This document shows, piece by piece, positions 35,821-44,008 of a stretch of DNA of 54,457 bases (position 1 is its first letter; each line of letters starts with the position of its first letter). This DNA comes from a virus, in UHGV virus genome UHGV-0096558, one strand, 5' to 3'. The position numbers and the translations under genes were made by a program. Under the pieces are notes generated by a model, which saw only the letters and a list, made by a program, of their open reading frames with translations, had not been told where the DNA came from and made no database searches.

Positions 35821-36154
35821 CATCGGGTGGTTATATTGCGAAAACTGCGACGACGACGGCATGGTCGTTAAGACTGAAAAAGGTTGCGGCTTCATACTGT
35901 ATCAAGACGATAAGTTTGTTTGCCCGCGATGCGGTGGTCGTGGTGAGATAGAAATCGTTGATGATATTGCTACCGCACCTAAGCCATCGCGCATTGTCCT
36001 TGATGAAAAAATAAAAATTCATCCTGATTTATTACAGCAAATTATCGATCACGTATCGGCAGCCGCAATCTATGGCGATAACAATTATCAGCGTGAAATG
36101 AACGTCGAACGTGTAATTGAGCAGTATTTCGAAGGTGACGACAATGAAGCCTAA
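35807..36154 (+). CDS. zinc-ribbon protein, 115 aa (CENC...CPRCGG)
   Basis: ATG at 35807 within ORF 35753..36154. Confidence 0.5.
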   Translation: MKIINIGWLYCENCDDDGMVVKTEKGCGFILYQDDKFVCPRCGGRGEIEIVDDIATAPKPSRIVLDEKIKIHPDLLQQIIDHVSAAAIYGDNNYQREMNVERVIEQYFEGDDNEA

Positions 36155-36413
36155 ATTAAAAGAACATGAATTTAGGGAGCTTGTAAACGGAATAACTGAT
36201 AAGGCTAGGGCGTACTCAAATACACAACAATTAAGGGCGGTGATAATTACGGAATTAAGGAAATATATAGACCTAAGAGATCCTGTCGATGTTATGACGA
36301 TGGACGAGGCCATCAAGCGCCGGACTGCTGAATGGTCAGTTAGTAACACCGGATTAACCGGATACATTGAAGGCTATAACGACTGTTTACAGGATCATAG
36401 CGATGGCAAGTAA
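36144..36413 (+). CDS. hypothetical protein, 89 aa
   Basis: ATG at 36144 within ORF 36117..36413. Confidence 0.5.
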   Translation: MKPKLKEHEFRELVNGITDKARAYSNTQQLRAVIITELRKYIDLRDPVDVMTMDEAIKRRTAEWSVSNTGLTGYIEGYNDCLQDHSDGK

Positions 36414-36708
36414 AGACCTGCATTTGAATCTGAAAGGGGAATATTTCCACGCTATCCGGGCGGGAAAGAAGGTGGAGGAATACCGGCTTTATAATGACTA
36501 TTGGCGCAAGCGCTTGGAAGGTCGGGAATATGAACGTTTGTTCATTAAATGGGGTTATCCAGCAGGACACGAAGAACACCGGATTATAGATCTACCTTAT
36601 TTTGGCTATGAAGTGAAAACAATCATACATCCGTTGTTCGGACCTGATCCTGTTAAGGTATTCGCAATTAAATGTGATGTGAATTGGATGCTAAGAGGTG
36701 AAAAATGA
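36403..36708 (+). CDS. ASCH-like (PUA-fold) domain protein, 101 aa
   Basis: ...EYFHAIRAGKKVEEYR... resembles the ASCH G-K-T-x-E-x-R signature. Confidence 0.4.
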   Translation: MASKDLHLNLKGEYFHAIRAGKKVEEYRLYNDYWRKRLEGREYERLFIKWGYPAGHEEHRIIDLPYFGYEVKTIIHPLFGPDPVKVFAIKCDVNWMLRGEK

Positions 36709-36917
36709 AAAGTAACCGTAAACGCCTGGTAAGGGCATATGACAAAGCCTTAAAGGCTTTTGACGATCTGAGACACAATAAACGCCAGCGCCGTAAATGG
36801 GCGCGAATGCTTGTTAGTGAATGGCATAACGAAGATTTCTTTTTGGAAGCGCGGCACATGACGCAAGAAGACGCGGATCAATTAGCTTACGATAACGTTT
36901 ACTATATGATGTGGTGA
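36705..36917 (+). CDS. hypothetical protein, 70 aa
   Basis: ORF track. Confidence 0.5.
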   Translation: MKSNRKRLVRAYDKALKAFDDLRHNKRQRRKWARMLVSEWHNEDFFLEARHMTQEDADQLAYDNVYYMMW

Positions 36918-36921
36918 TAAT

Positions 36922-37287
36922 ATGCAGATAATCATTGATTACCTTTGCCACGCTGCAAATACAATTTTCGGTATGTATCAACAACCGTTTCTCAAAGAAT
37001 GGGATGATATGCTAAACGACATCCTCGACAAAGGATTAATAATGGAGGTTGACGAGCTTACAATCAGATTTAATTATGAGGGTGAAGAATATCTAATTTG
37101 GGTGGGTAATAGATGGTATTCATACGGTCATATTTATTCAATTGGTGGTAAGTTCATTAAAAGAAAACAGGAATTCAGACCGCGCTTCCGCACAATGCGC
37201 CGCCTGCATGATCTGCATATGAAGTTATTCGAAGATCAGGAAGCACGGGAGTTATTCAAAATTTACGGGGATAAATCATGGAGCTAA
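36922..37287 (+). CDS. hypothetical protein, 121 aa
   Basis: ORF track. Confidence 0.55.
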   Translation: MQIIIDYLCHAANTIFGMYQQPFLKEWDDMLNDILDKGLIMEVDELTIRFNYEGEEYLIWVGNRWYSYGHIYSIGGKFIKRKQEFRPRFRTMRRLHDLHMKLFEDQEARELFKIYGDKSWS

Positions 37288-37508
37288 AAATCTGGCAGGC
37301 TATCGACGTAGTTGATAATGAATTGTCTATGTTTGCCACTGACGGAAAGCGCGTGGTGATCGCTACATGGACGCGCTTGCATGACGATATCACTTTTCGC
37401 CGCAAAGTTGCCGAGGGTCTTTTCTCTGATGGCGGCTACACGATGAATATCGCACAGCTTGCCAGAATGAAGGATGAAAAGCTGGTAGACAGCTATACAA
37501 CAGCATAA
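37278..37508 (+). CDS. hypothetical protein, 76 aa
   Basis: ORF track. Confidence 0.5.
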   Translation: MELKIWQAIDVVDNELSMFATDGKRVVIATWTRLHDDITFRRKVAEGLFSDGGYTMNIAQLARMKDEKLVDSYTTA

Positions 37509-37518
37509 CGGGGTAAAT

Positions 37519-37752
37519 ATGCGTATCTATGAACACAAGTGGGATAAAACCCGCTTTTTTGTTCGTGCTGGCGTGGCGTACCAGTATCACGAATGCGGAT
37601 ATATTGAGGCGCTTGCTTACGACCTGGATTTCGAACAAGAAAGAGAATGGTTTGATTTCAAGATCTACCGGAAACGCAAGCCAACGCGCGACGAGCGCCA
37701 CGCTATCCGGGACTTTTTAATCAGCATTGACCGCTGGGAGGCAGAGGAATGA
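37519..37752 (+). CDS. hypothetical protein, 77 aa
   Basis: ORF track. Confidence 0.5.
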   Translation: MRIYEHKWDKTRFFVRAGVAYQYHECGYIEALAYDLDFEQEREWFDFKIYRKRKPTRDERHAIRDFLISIDRWEAEE

Positions 37753-37976
37753 AAGTTAAATTCTTGCACGATCACGGATACCCTTCATTGAAACATGTTG
37801 TTGGTAAGGTCGTTAATGTCGTCCATAGCGATGAGATTACTTGCATGATTAATGGTGCTGATCTCATTGCCGCTGGTGCTGATGACCATTATATCAATCC
37901 GGCGTGGTCGTATACGTTCAGTCTTGGTGACTTCGTGGGTGACAAGGGGCGCGGTCTGCAAATAGTCGAGGGTTAA
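37749..37976 (+). CDS. hypothetical protein, 75 aa
   Basis: ORF track. Confidence 0.5.
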   Translation: MKVKFLHDHGYPSLKHVVGKVVNVVHSDEITCMINGADLIAAGADDHYINPAWSYTFSLGDFVGDKGRGLQIVEG

Positions 37977-37980
37977 TATC

Positions 37981-38196
37981 ATGGACGTTTACGAAGATTT
38001 ATACCTTCAGACAAATACCCGCACTTTTTATTTTCTGAAAAACGGCGTCGTATATCGCAGCGATGACGGGGTAATAATGAAAGAGTGGTTATTTAAGCGT
38101 AAAGACCTACTCGACGATCTGGTTTTTGCCGGGATATTCCGTAAACGTCCGGCTAACCTGGAAGAAGAAATGTTGATCGACGAGGTATTAAAATGA
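37981..38196 (+). CDS. hypothetical protein, 71 aa
   Basis: ORF track. Confidence 0.5.
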   Translation: MDVYEDLYLQTNTRTFYFLKNGVVYRSDDGVIMKEWLFKRKDLLDDLVFAGIFRKRPANLEEEMLIDEVLK

Positions 38197-38438
38197 AAGT
38201 GAATTATTTCAGGGCAAAAGACAAGGCAACAGGAAAGCGGGTGGCTATCCTGGTTAATGAAGCAAATTATATGTTTGTTCTCCAGCCGTGGTGCATAGCT
38301 GACTATAACGATGATTATCGCCGTCACGCTGCGCGGCGGGCGGTCGGGATGAAAGGCTGGCAACCGCGAGACATGCTTAATTATTGCGACTGGAACCTGA
38401 TAGCAAAATACACGGTCGATTATAAAGGGGTTTTCTGA
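38193..38438 (+). CDS. hypothetical protein, 81 aa
   Basis: ORF track. Confidence 0.5.
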   Translation: MKVNYFRAKDKATGKRVAILVNEANYMFVLQPWCIADYNDDYRRHAARRAVGMKGWQPRDMLNYCDWNLIAKYTVDYKGVF

Positions 38439-38440
38439 TT

Positions 38441-38656
38441 ATGTTTGCAAGATGCGTTTATTCTGACACTACGTGCTTTACTACTGGCGAACTATATAGC
38501 GTTGATCTTCTTAATGGGTGCGAGCGCGGCGCTGGCGGTATTCATTATGTAAAAGATAATGATGGCGATGCGTGGCAATTTTACGGCGATTACGTAAAAG
38601 GGGTTGTTAAGGGTAGTTTTGATAATCGTGTGATGGCGCGTTTTGTTAAGTGGTGA
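38441..38656 (+). CDS. small protein, paralogue family member (C..S...F..G..Y ... D..G..W.FY pattern)
   Basis: ORF track; shares motif with 38666..38905 and 38902..39126. Confidence 0.5.
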   Translation: MFARCVYSDTTCFTTGELYSVDLLNGCERGAGGIHYVKDNDGDAWQFYGDYVKGVVKGSFDNRVMARFVKW

Positions 38657-38665
38657 GGTAGTGTT

Positions 38666-38905
38666 ATGAGACAGAATCAGAGATACCAGTGCACATACTC
38701 ACGATGCAGCGCGTTTTTTAAGAATGGCAAGATCTACGAAGTCGGCGCGGCATTGGTTGACGCAAAGGATCAGGAATATATTCACGCCATTACTGACGAC
38801 CAGGGCCAGTTATGGCGATTTTATAAGATGGGCTGTGGCACTGCGCTTGTTTATGCGCGTGCTGGTGGTGGTGCTTTTGCTGCGTTTTCGTATGTAGGGG
38901 TATGA
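38666..38905 (+). CDS. small protein, paralogue family member
   Basis: ORF track; CTYSRCSAFFKNGKIYEV...DDQGQLWRFY. Confidence 0.5.
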   Translation: MRQNQRYQCTYSRCSAFFKNGKIYEVGAALVDAKDQEYIHAITDDQGQLWRFYKMGCGTALVYARAGGGAFAAFSYVGV

Positions 38906-39126
38906 AAATGATTTTAACGTGTAACGAGTCGGAATTAGGCTGTTTTGAGGAAGGCGCACAGTATACGGCTGAAAAACCGATGGGATTGTCGCCTAAGTTG
39001 CCGTTTATCGTCGTGACTGACACTTACGGTCACTTATGGTATGCAGAGCCGCGCCGGGGGACTGGTCGCTACGTTGTCCGTAGTTCTGACGGGGCTATGA
39101 AAGTTACTTTTACGGAAGAAACATAA
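38902..39126 (+). CDS. small protein, paralogue family member
   Basis: ORF track; CNESELGCFEEGAQYTA...DTYGHLWYAE. Confidence 0.5.
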   Translation: MKMILTCNESELGCFEEGAQYTAEKPMGLSPKLPFIVVTDTYGHLWYAEPRRGTGRYVVRSSDGAMKVTFTEET

Positions 39127-39184
39127 ATGTGATCTTCATCACAAGGTATACAAAATGGCATTGTTTCGGCAGTGCCATTTTGTT
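39127..39184. promoter_or_regulatory. compound element: palindrome GTGATCTTCATCAC, then TATACAAAATGGCA / TGCCATTTTGT inverted repeat (11-bp arms, 11-bp spacer)
   Basis: Read directly; upstream of gene 39225. Confidence 0.4.
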
Positions 39185-39224
39185 ATAAAGAAGCTGAAGA
39201 GAGAACAATGCGGAGGGCAGAAAA

Positions 39225-39497
39225 ATGAAACGCTGGATTAACGAAGAAACAGAAGCCCGCTTCAATGCAATTTGGGATCTGATTGAAAAAGAGGACGGCG
39301 TTTCTAGTCCCTACCTGAACAATCTTGAGTTCCACTATGTAGAAGCGATGAACGCAGAGCATGACCACGAAGGCGGTGCTGATGAATTCGCCAAAAAATA
39401 CGGCTTCGATGATGCAAACCATATGATTAACAACGTGGTGATGCAGGCAGAGGAAGACTACGAATGCAAATCACTTGAATTCGCACGCATGGCATAA
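39225..39497 (+). CDS. hypothetical protein, 90 aa
   Basis: ORF track; RBS GGAGGG. Confidence 0.55.
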   Translation: MKRWINEETEARFNAIWDLIEKEDGVSSPYLNNLEFHYVEAMNAEHDHEGGADEFAKKYGFDDANHMINNVVMQAEEDYECKSLEFARMA

Positions 39498-39507
39498 GGG
39501 GGAAAAC

Positions 39508-39648
39508 ATGAACGCTAACGCTAAATATCCGGCTTGGGTTTTCGAACTGTACGCAAGATACTTTGAATTACTGGCACCAGATGAAGAAGCATTAAGCATT
39601 GACGAGTACGCGGAGTGCTTAGGATTTAAAGGAGACGAAGAAGCATAA
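39508..39648 (+). CDS. small ORF, 46 aa, acidic
   Basis: Manual translation; RBS AGGGGGA. Confidence 0.4.
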   Translation: MNANAKYPAWVFELYARYFELLAPDEEALSIDEYAECLGFKGDEEA

Positions 39649-39691
39649 AACACGGGGCCGGATGGCCCCATCAAATCAGAAGGGTGTAATT

Positions 39692-39991
39692 ATGAAAAGC
39701 GCTAAATTTATTGCGTGCTGTTTTGTTGAAGTCCCTAACGATGATGTTTTCTGCAATTATGAATTTAAAGACAGCGCCGGAATCGTTCATGTTGTGGTTG
39801 GCAAGCGTGGCGACTGGTTATATATCACTGATGGAGACAGGATCTTCACTAAAAACCAGTTATTCAGAATAAAGTCAGAAAATAATGAAATACCTGTAGG
39901 TAATATGGGGATCATGAATTACCACGCCTGCTTATGGTTAAAATCTGATGCGGTAAATAAAGCGCGTAGCTTACCTGGTGCTGAATTTTAA
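39692..39991 (+). CDS. hypothetical protein, 99 aa (possible distant member of the small paralogue family)
   Basis: ATG at 39692 within ORF 39662..39991; RBS AAGGGTG. Confidence 0.5.
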   Translation: MKSAKFIACCFVEVPNDDVFCNYEFKDSAGIVHVVVGKRGDWLYITDGDRIFTKNQLFRIKSENNEIPVGNMGIMNYHACLWLKSDAVNKARSLPGAEF

Positions 39992-40014
39992 TTTCTTACG
40001 AAGGAGAATAAACA

Positions 40015-40338
40015 ATGACTAAATTTATCAGCGTTAAGGTTTTCCGTGGCACTATTCCAGAAGGTGAAAAATACGGCAAATTCGGTGGAATGCCTGGTGC
40101 ATGTTTCCGTGTAGCAACGGAAGACGACGAGCATGTTAAATGCTTCCACGTATCGGAGCCGCCTTTTAATCCAGAACATCTTGAAAACCCTGATAAGGTT
40201 AAAATGTTCGTTTTTGCTTCACTGATGCTTAATCCTTACCCTGATCTTGATGTCGAGTTGGTTGGCGCGGAAAAGATCGCGGAATACAAAATAACAGAAT
40301 CGGAAGACGGAGACTCAAAAATTGAGCGCATCAAATAA
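40015..40338 (+). CDS. hypothetical protein, 107 aa
   Basis: ORF track; RBS AAGGAGAA. Confidence 0.55.
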   Translation: MTKFISVKVFRGTIPEGEKYGKFGGMPGACFRVATEDDEHVKCFHVSEPPFNPEHLENPDKVKMFVFASLMLNPYPDLDVELVGAEKIAEYKITESEDGDSKIERIK

Positions 40339-40570
40339 ACCTTACAAAATCCGGTGTAAAGGTGAATACCCTGGCTTTACGACTGGTTGCGAATACCTGG
40401 GCCACATTGGGTACGGTCCTTTTGGTGAGTTAGGGATGAATACGATGGACGACGACGGCGATAATCGGACGCTCGATCTTGATACGGATGACTTCGAATA
40501 TATCCCGCAAGTTACTTACCGTGCCGTTGATGATTTCCTGGCTGAACAAGAAGACGACGAGGATGATTAA
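40322..40570 (+). CDS. hypothetical acidic protein, 82 aa
   Basis: ORF track. Confidence 0.5.
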   Translation: MSASNKPYKIRCKGEYPGFTTGCEYLGHIGYGPFGELGMNTMDDDGDNRTLDLDTDDFEYIPQVTYRAVDDFLAEQEDDEDD

Positions 40571-40702
40571 ATGGAAGAGTGGTATAAAAATTTATTAATC
40601 ATGTTTCTTGCTGAAAATTGGGCGCTATTTGAGCGTTTTTGCGATGAGCATGGTGAAGACCCTAACGATATTTATCACGATCTTGGGGGTGAGGATGATT
40701 AA
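40571..40702 (+). CDS. small ORF, 43 aa
   Basis: Manual translation; start directly after upstream stop. Confidence 0.35.
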   Translation: MEEWYKNLLIMFLAENWALFERFCDEHGEDPNDIYHDLGGEDD

Positions 40703-40895
40703 CTGCCTTGTGGCCGTAATTATTTTGCTATATATCGCTGGCGCTATCCTGATGTCTTGTTTTATCAGAAGTAACGATCTCGATCGTGGTGGCCTTGAGA
40801 TTACTTTCTGGCCTGTAGCGGTATTTATCGCTTTCGTTGAAGCTACGCGCATACAGATCAAAAGAGCTATTAAGGAGCGTAAAAATGGGAAATAG
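40696..40895 (+). CDS. small membrane protein, 66 aa, two predicted TM helices
   Basis: ATG at 40696 within ORF 40608..40895; RBS GGGGGTGAGG. Confidence 0.45.
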
Positions 40896-41109
40896 CGACC
40901 ATGAATATGACGGTGTTTATCAGTCATTGGCGTCACGCGCTTATTATCGCCTTGAAGGTGAACACGTAATGATGCGATTACTCCAGTGTGATCCGTGGCA
41001 TAAAACAATTTTACCTGTGACAGCGAAAGAAGTTATCACGATGTTTAATCACGGGCACTGGCGCAAGGTTGGTGATATTAAATTCAGGATGTTTAAGGAT
41101 GGTGATTAA
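40885..41109 (+). CDS. hypothetical protein, 74 aa
   Basis: ATG at 40885 with RBS AAGGAGCG. Confidence 0.5.
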   Translation: MGNSDHEYDGVYQSLASRAYYRLEGEHVMMRLLQCDPWHKTILPVTAKEVITMFNHGHWRKVGDIKFRMFKDGD

Positions 41110-41292
41110 ATGATTGAAGATGGCATATACGCCGTAACACTAATCGACAAGATGTTTTATCGCGTAGAGGGTGGTGATATTCGCGTTTGCGTTAGCGATG
41201 GTGAGTGGGTAGCGCCAATCATCAAGACGACGCGAGAAACAATTAAAATCTGGCTTGATAATGGTGATTTGGTGAAAGTTAGTGATTTGTAG
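41110..41292 (+). CDS. hypothetical protein, 60 aa
   Basis: ORF track. Confidence 0.5.
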   Translation: MIEDGIYAVTLIDKMFYRVEGGDIRVCVSDGEWVAPIIKTTRETIKIWLDNGDLVKVSDL

Positions 41293-41355
41293 CCATAATC
41301 GCGCATAAAAAACAAATAGATTAAAATATTTCCTAACAATGCGAAATTGTAATTA

Positions 41356-41378
41356 CCCGGCCCAGCGCCGGGTTTTTG
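41356..41378 (+). terminator. rho-independent terminator (CCCGGC / GCCGGG then T5) immediately upstream of lysis cassette
   Basis: Read directly; position analogous to a tR-prime-type late terminator. Confidence 0.6.
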
Positions 41379-41397
41379 CTTTGTTGGAGGAAAATCT

Positions 41398-41598
41398 ATG
41401 TTCGACAAAATACGGGAGGCGTGCGCGTATGTGACCGGGGCCGTAACTGCTTTTTTCGGCGCGATAACCATCAATGACATTGCCGTCTTTGTGGGTATCT
41501 TATCAACCGTAGGCACATTTGCCGTTAACTATTACTTCAAATCACAGGAGAACAAACGAGCGCAAGAGGAACACGACGCGCGAATGGGGAATAAGTAA
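41398..41598 (+). CDS. holin, small two-TM, pinholin-like
   Basis: 66 aa, two hydrophobic helices, charged C-terminus; immediately upstream of SAR endolysin. Confidence 0.7.
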   Translation: MFDKIREACAYVTGAVTAFFGAITINDIAVFVGILSTVGTFAVNYYFKSQENKRAQEEHDARMGNK

Positions 41599-41599
41599 C

Positions 41600-42091
41600 A
41601 TGATTAGCCAATCGCTGAAGAATAAAATTATTGCTGCGGCGGCTGGTGGGGCGATCGCTATTGCGGCTGTGATGGTTAAACCATTAGAAGGCGTGGAGTA
41701 CGATCCGTATCGTGATGTTATCGGTGTATGGACTGTTTGCTATGGTCATACCGGGAAAGACATCATGCTGGGTAAGACTTACACGCAATCAGAATGCGAT
41801 GCATTGTTAAATAAAGACCTGCACAAAACCGCAAAAGCGATCGATCCTTATATTAAAGTCGAAATATCAGATTTTACCCGCGCGGCGCTTTATTCATTCG
41901 CCTATAACGTAGGCGCTACCAACTTCAAAACATCAACATTATTAAAACTACTCAATGACGGCAAGAAATCAGAAGCGTGCGCACAGCTTAAACGCTGGAT
42001 TTATGCTGGTGGTAAACAGTGGCAAGGTTTAATCAACCGCCGTGATGTTGAATATGCCGTTTGCGAATGGGGGGAAACGTGGACAAGGTGA
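41600..42091 (+). CDS. SAR endolysin (lysozyme with N-terminal signal-anchor-release helix)
   Basis: N-terminal Gly/Ala-rich TM ([17 protein letters not shown]), then E..(8)..D..(5)..T catalytic pattern ([22 protein letters not shown]). Confidence 0.8.
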   Translation: MISQSLKNKIIAAAAGGAIAIAAVMVKPLEGVEYDPYRDVIGVWTVCYGHTGKDIMLGKTYTQSECDALLNKDLHKTAKAIDPYIKVEISDFTRAALYSFAYNVGATNFKTSTLLKLLNDGKKSEACAQLKRWIYAGGKQWQGLINRRDVEYAVCEWGETWTR

Positions 42092-42549
42092 AGGCGTTAA
42101 TCATCGCCGCTATCGTTTGTGTCGTTGTTGGGCTTGTTGCCGCGCTTAGTCACTGTCAGTCAGTGATAAACACAATGCAAAGCGAGCTAACTACTACGCA
42201 GGGCGCACTAAAAACAGCAAGTAACACTATTCAGCAGATGAAGGAGCGAAACGCCGAACTGTCAAAACTTGATAAGAGGTATCACGATGAAATTAAAGCT
42301 ATCAGATCTGACATTGCTGATCTGCGTGCTGGTATTGATAGCGGTGCTATCCGGTTGCACGTCAACGCAATACCAGTGCGAGTGTCAGACGCCACCGGAA
42401 CCGCCAGCAGCATTGATGGAGCCGCCTGTAGACTCACTCCCGACGCTGAATCGGCTTATCTATCCCTCAGAGAACAACTAAAAGAGAAAGACGCGAAGAT
42501 CACCGGATTGCAGGACTACATCAAGACGCAGTGCATACGCAAAGAATAA
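42082..42549 (+). CDS. i-spanin (Rz-like)
   Basis: N-terminal TM then coiled coil; GTG at 42082 with RBS GGGGGG (alternative ATG at 42067); overlaps endolysin stop. Confidence 0.65.
   Translation, partial: DKVKALIIAAIVCVVVGLVAALSHCQSVINTMQSELTTTQGALKTASNTIQQMKERNAELSKLDKRYHDEIKAIRSDIADLRAGIDSGAIRLHVNAIPVRVSDATGTASSIDGAACRLTPDAESAYLSLREQLKEKDAKITGLQDYIKTQCIRKE
42287..42481 (+). CDS. o-spanin (Rz1-like outer-membrane lipoprotein) embedded in the i-spanin gene in another frame
   Basis: Signal peptide with lipobox LSGC, Pro-rich mature region; entirely inside the Rz-like gene. Confidence 0.65.
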   Translation: MKLKLSDLTLLICVLVLIAVLSGCTSTQYQCECQTPPEPPAALMEPPVDSLPTLNRLIYPSENN

Positions 42550-42886
42550 CAGCGCGTGGACGTGTCGCCGTTTCCGCCAGCCAGCCATAACCGGGCCAAT
42601 CCTTCCCGCGAGCGACGGCGGAAAAGTCAAAAACACGTAATACCGGATCAACAGTCCCATTAACAGGTCGGCGCTACCTGGGTAGAAGAAAGCGCCATTC
42701 ACTCACCTGCCACGCGTAGGACGAGCGCCCGGATCTGTTTATCAGAGATGTTAAGCAGGTCCAGTTTTATAAAATTCTGCAAACGGTACTCACTAAGCGC
42801 CGTTTTCAGTGTTTTATATCTGTTTTCACTCCCTGCGGTGTCGAGTTTTGCGGGGGTTATATTTTTCAGAATAGGAGATTATTCTG

Positions 42887-43429
42887 ATGGCTAAGGCTAA
42901 AGGCATTAAGTTGCCTCAATTCAAGATCCCACTCTTTGAGCATACAACCGTTTTCTTTTGCCCGACCCGCGAGATGTTTTATGAATTTTGCGAAAAGGCA
43001 GGAATTCCAATTGAACCTGATTTCGAACTGGCGGGAGGATTGACGCTTACTTGCACTGGTGAGAAAGGCGGTAACTTCTACGTGATCGCAGTATTCGACA
43101 ATGAGTTAGGAACACTGGTCCATGAATGCGCTCACACCACATTCCATGTTTTAAGTGATGTAGGCGTCGTGGCGACCACTGATCCAACTCATCCGGCGAA
43201 TGAGACTTACGCTTACATGGTAGGCCGCATCTTTGATGCATTTTTCCCTATACTGGCTGAATCAAACGAAGCACAGGTTGCAGCAATGCAGGCGGCTGAA
43301 GTCGTCGAGCAGGCATTAGAACAGGCAGAACAGCCGAAGGAAGAAGAAAAACCCGCGAAGAAAGGCAAACGTAAGCCGAAATCAAAAGAAGCGTATGTAC
43401 CGCGCGTAATGAGCTTTAAACGAGGCTGA
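42887..43429 (+). CDS. hypothetical protein with HExxH motif (HECAH); possible zinc-metallopeptidase-like protein with basic Lys-rich C-terminus
   Basis: ORF track; RBS AGGAGA; HECAHTTFH at residues about 78-86. Confidence 0.55.
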   Translation: MAKAKGIKLPQFKIPLFEHTTVFFCPTREMFYEFCEKAGIPIEPDFELAGGLTLTCTGEKGGNFYVIAVFDNELGTLVHECAHTTFHVLSDVGVVATTDPTHPANETYAYMVGRIFDAFFPILAESNEAQVAAMQAAEVVEQALEQAEQPKEEEKPAKKGKRKPKSKEAYVPRVMSFKRG

Positions 43430-43431
43430 TT

Positions 43432-43527
43432 ATGGATGAGCGCATCATCGCAGGATTAATCGGTATTTCTGTATTTCTGGTGGGTTTTATTATCGCCGTA
43501 CTGATAACCGTAAAAAGCAAGTATTAG
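43432..43527 (+). CDS. mini-ORF 1 of tandem array: 31-aa single-TM peptide (MDERIIAGLIGISVFLVGFIIAVLITVKSKY)
   Basis: Manual translation; RBS GAGG 6 nt upstream. Confidence 0.45.
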   Translation: MDERIIAGLIGISVFLVGFIIAVLITVKSKY

Positions 43528-43540
43528 ATGGGGTGGCAAG

Positions 43541-43615
43541 ATGGTTGACCCGCTAATTATCCTTTCTGCCTGCGTCGCTGTATGGCTGGCGATCATGATA
43601 TTCATTGAAAGCTGA
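43541..43615 (+). CDS. mini-ORF 2: 24-aa hydrophobic peptide (MVDPLIILSACVAVWLAIMIFIES)
   Basis: Manual translation; G-rich RBS. Confidence 0.4.
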   Translation: MVDPLIILSACVAVWLAIMIFIES

Positions 43616-43626
43616 AGGTATTCACC

Positions 43627-43701
43627 ATGAATATTTACGATCTCATCTGGTGGTCGTTGGTCGCCGTCATTATCTATTTCTGGTGGAAGAATGTTGTATA
43701 G
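43627..43701 (+). CDS. mini-ORF 3: 24-aa hydrophobic peptide (MNIYDLIWWSLVAVIIYFWWKNVV)
   Basis: Manual translation; RBS GAAGG 8 nt upstream. Confidence 0.4.
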   Translation: MNIYDLIWWSLVAVIIYFWWKNVV

Positions 43702-43709
43702 GTGAAAGC

Positions 43710-43790
43710 ATGAACGCATACGAAATGCTATTGCTGGTGGCTGTAGTTGTAGTCATTGCCGTAGATGTTTATCGGGAGTTTAAAAAATGA
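43710..43790 (+). CDS. mini-ORF 4: 26-aa hydrophobic peptide (MNAYEMLLLVAVVVVIAVDVYREFKK)
   Basis: Manual translation; RBS AGGTGA. Confidence 0.4.
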   Translation: MNAYEMLLLVAVVVVIAVDVYREFKK

Positions 43791-43855
43791 AATGGCTTGA
43801 TTTCCTTTTCCTGATCGTTGCGATTGTTCTTACCATGACCGCGCTGACTCAATAG
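43787..43855 (+). CDS. mini-ORF 5: 22-aa hydrophobic peptide (MKWLDFLFLIVAIVLTMTALTQ)
   Basis: Manual translation; ATGA start/stop overlap with mini-ORF 4. Confidence 0.4.
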   Translation: MKWLDFLFLIVAIVLTMTALTQ

Positions 43856-43863
43856 GTGAGCAA

Positions 43864-43938
43864 ATGGATGTTATCGAAGCCGTATTATTCGTATGTATCG
43901 CCGCGTTAATTATTGTTGGAGTGATTATCAATGTCTGA
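43864..43938 (+). CDS. mini-ORF 6: 24-aa hydrophobic peptide (MDVIEAVLFVCIAALIIVGVIINV)
   Basis: Manual translation; RBS AGGTGAG. Confidence 0.4.
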   Translation: MDVIEAVLFVCIAALIIVGVIINV

Positions 43939-43999
43939 TGGTGATTTCTTATTCATGGCTTTATGTACGCTGTTAATCGTTATTGTTTTCTTCGCATAA
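43931..43999 (+). CDS. mini-ORF 7: 22-aa hydrophobic peptide (MSDGDFLFMALCTLLIVIVFFA)
   Basis: Manual translation; overlaps mini-ORF 6 stop. Confidence 0.4.
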   Translation: MSDGDFLFMALCTLLIVIVFFA

Positions 44000-44008
44000 G
44001 GGTAAACA

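Noticed and set aside
42550-42720. GC-rich stretch after the lysis genes considered as a cos or pac site
   Set aside because: No recognisable cohesive-end or repeat signature; packaging site cannot be assigned from sequence alone.
42749-42895. 48-codon plus-strand ORF upstream of the HExxH gene, and minus-strand ORF 42478..42702
   Set aside because: No RBS; one overlaps the next gene start and the other is antisense to Rz; low-complexity translations.
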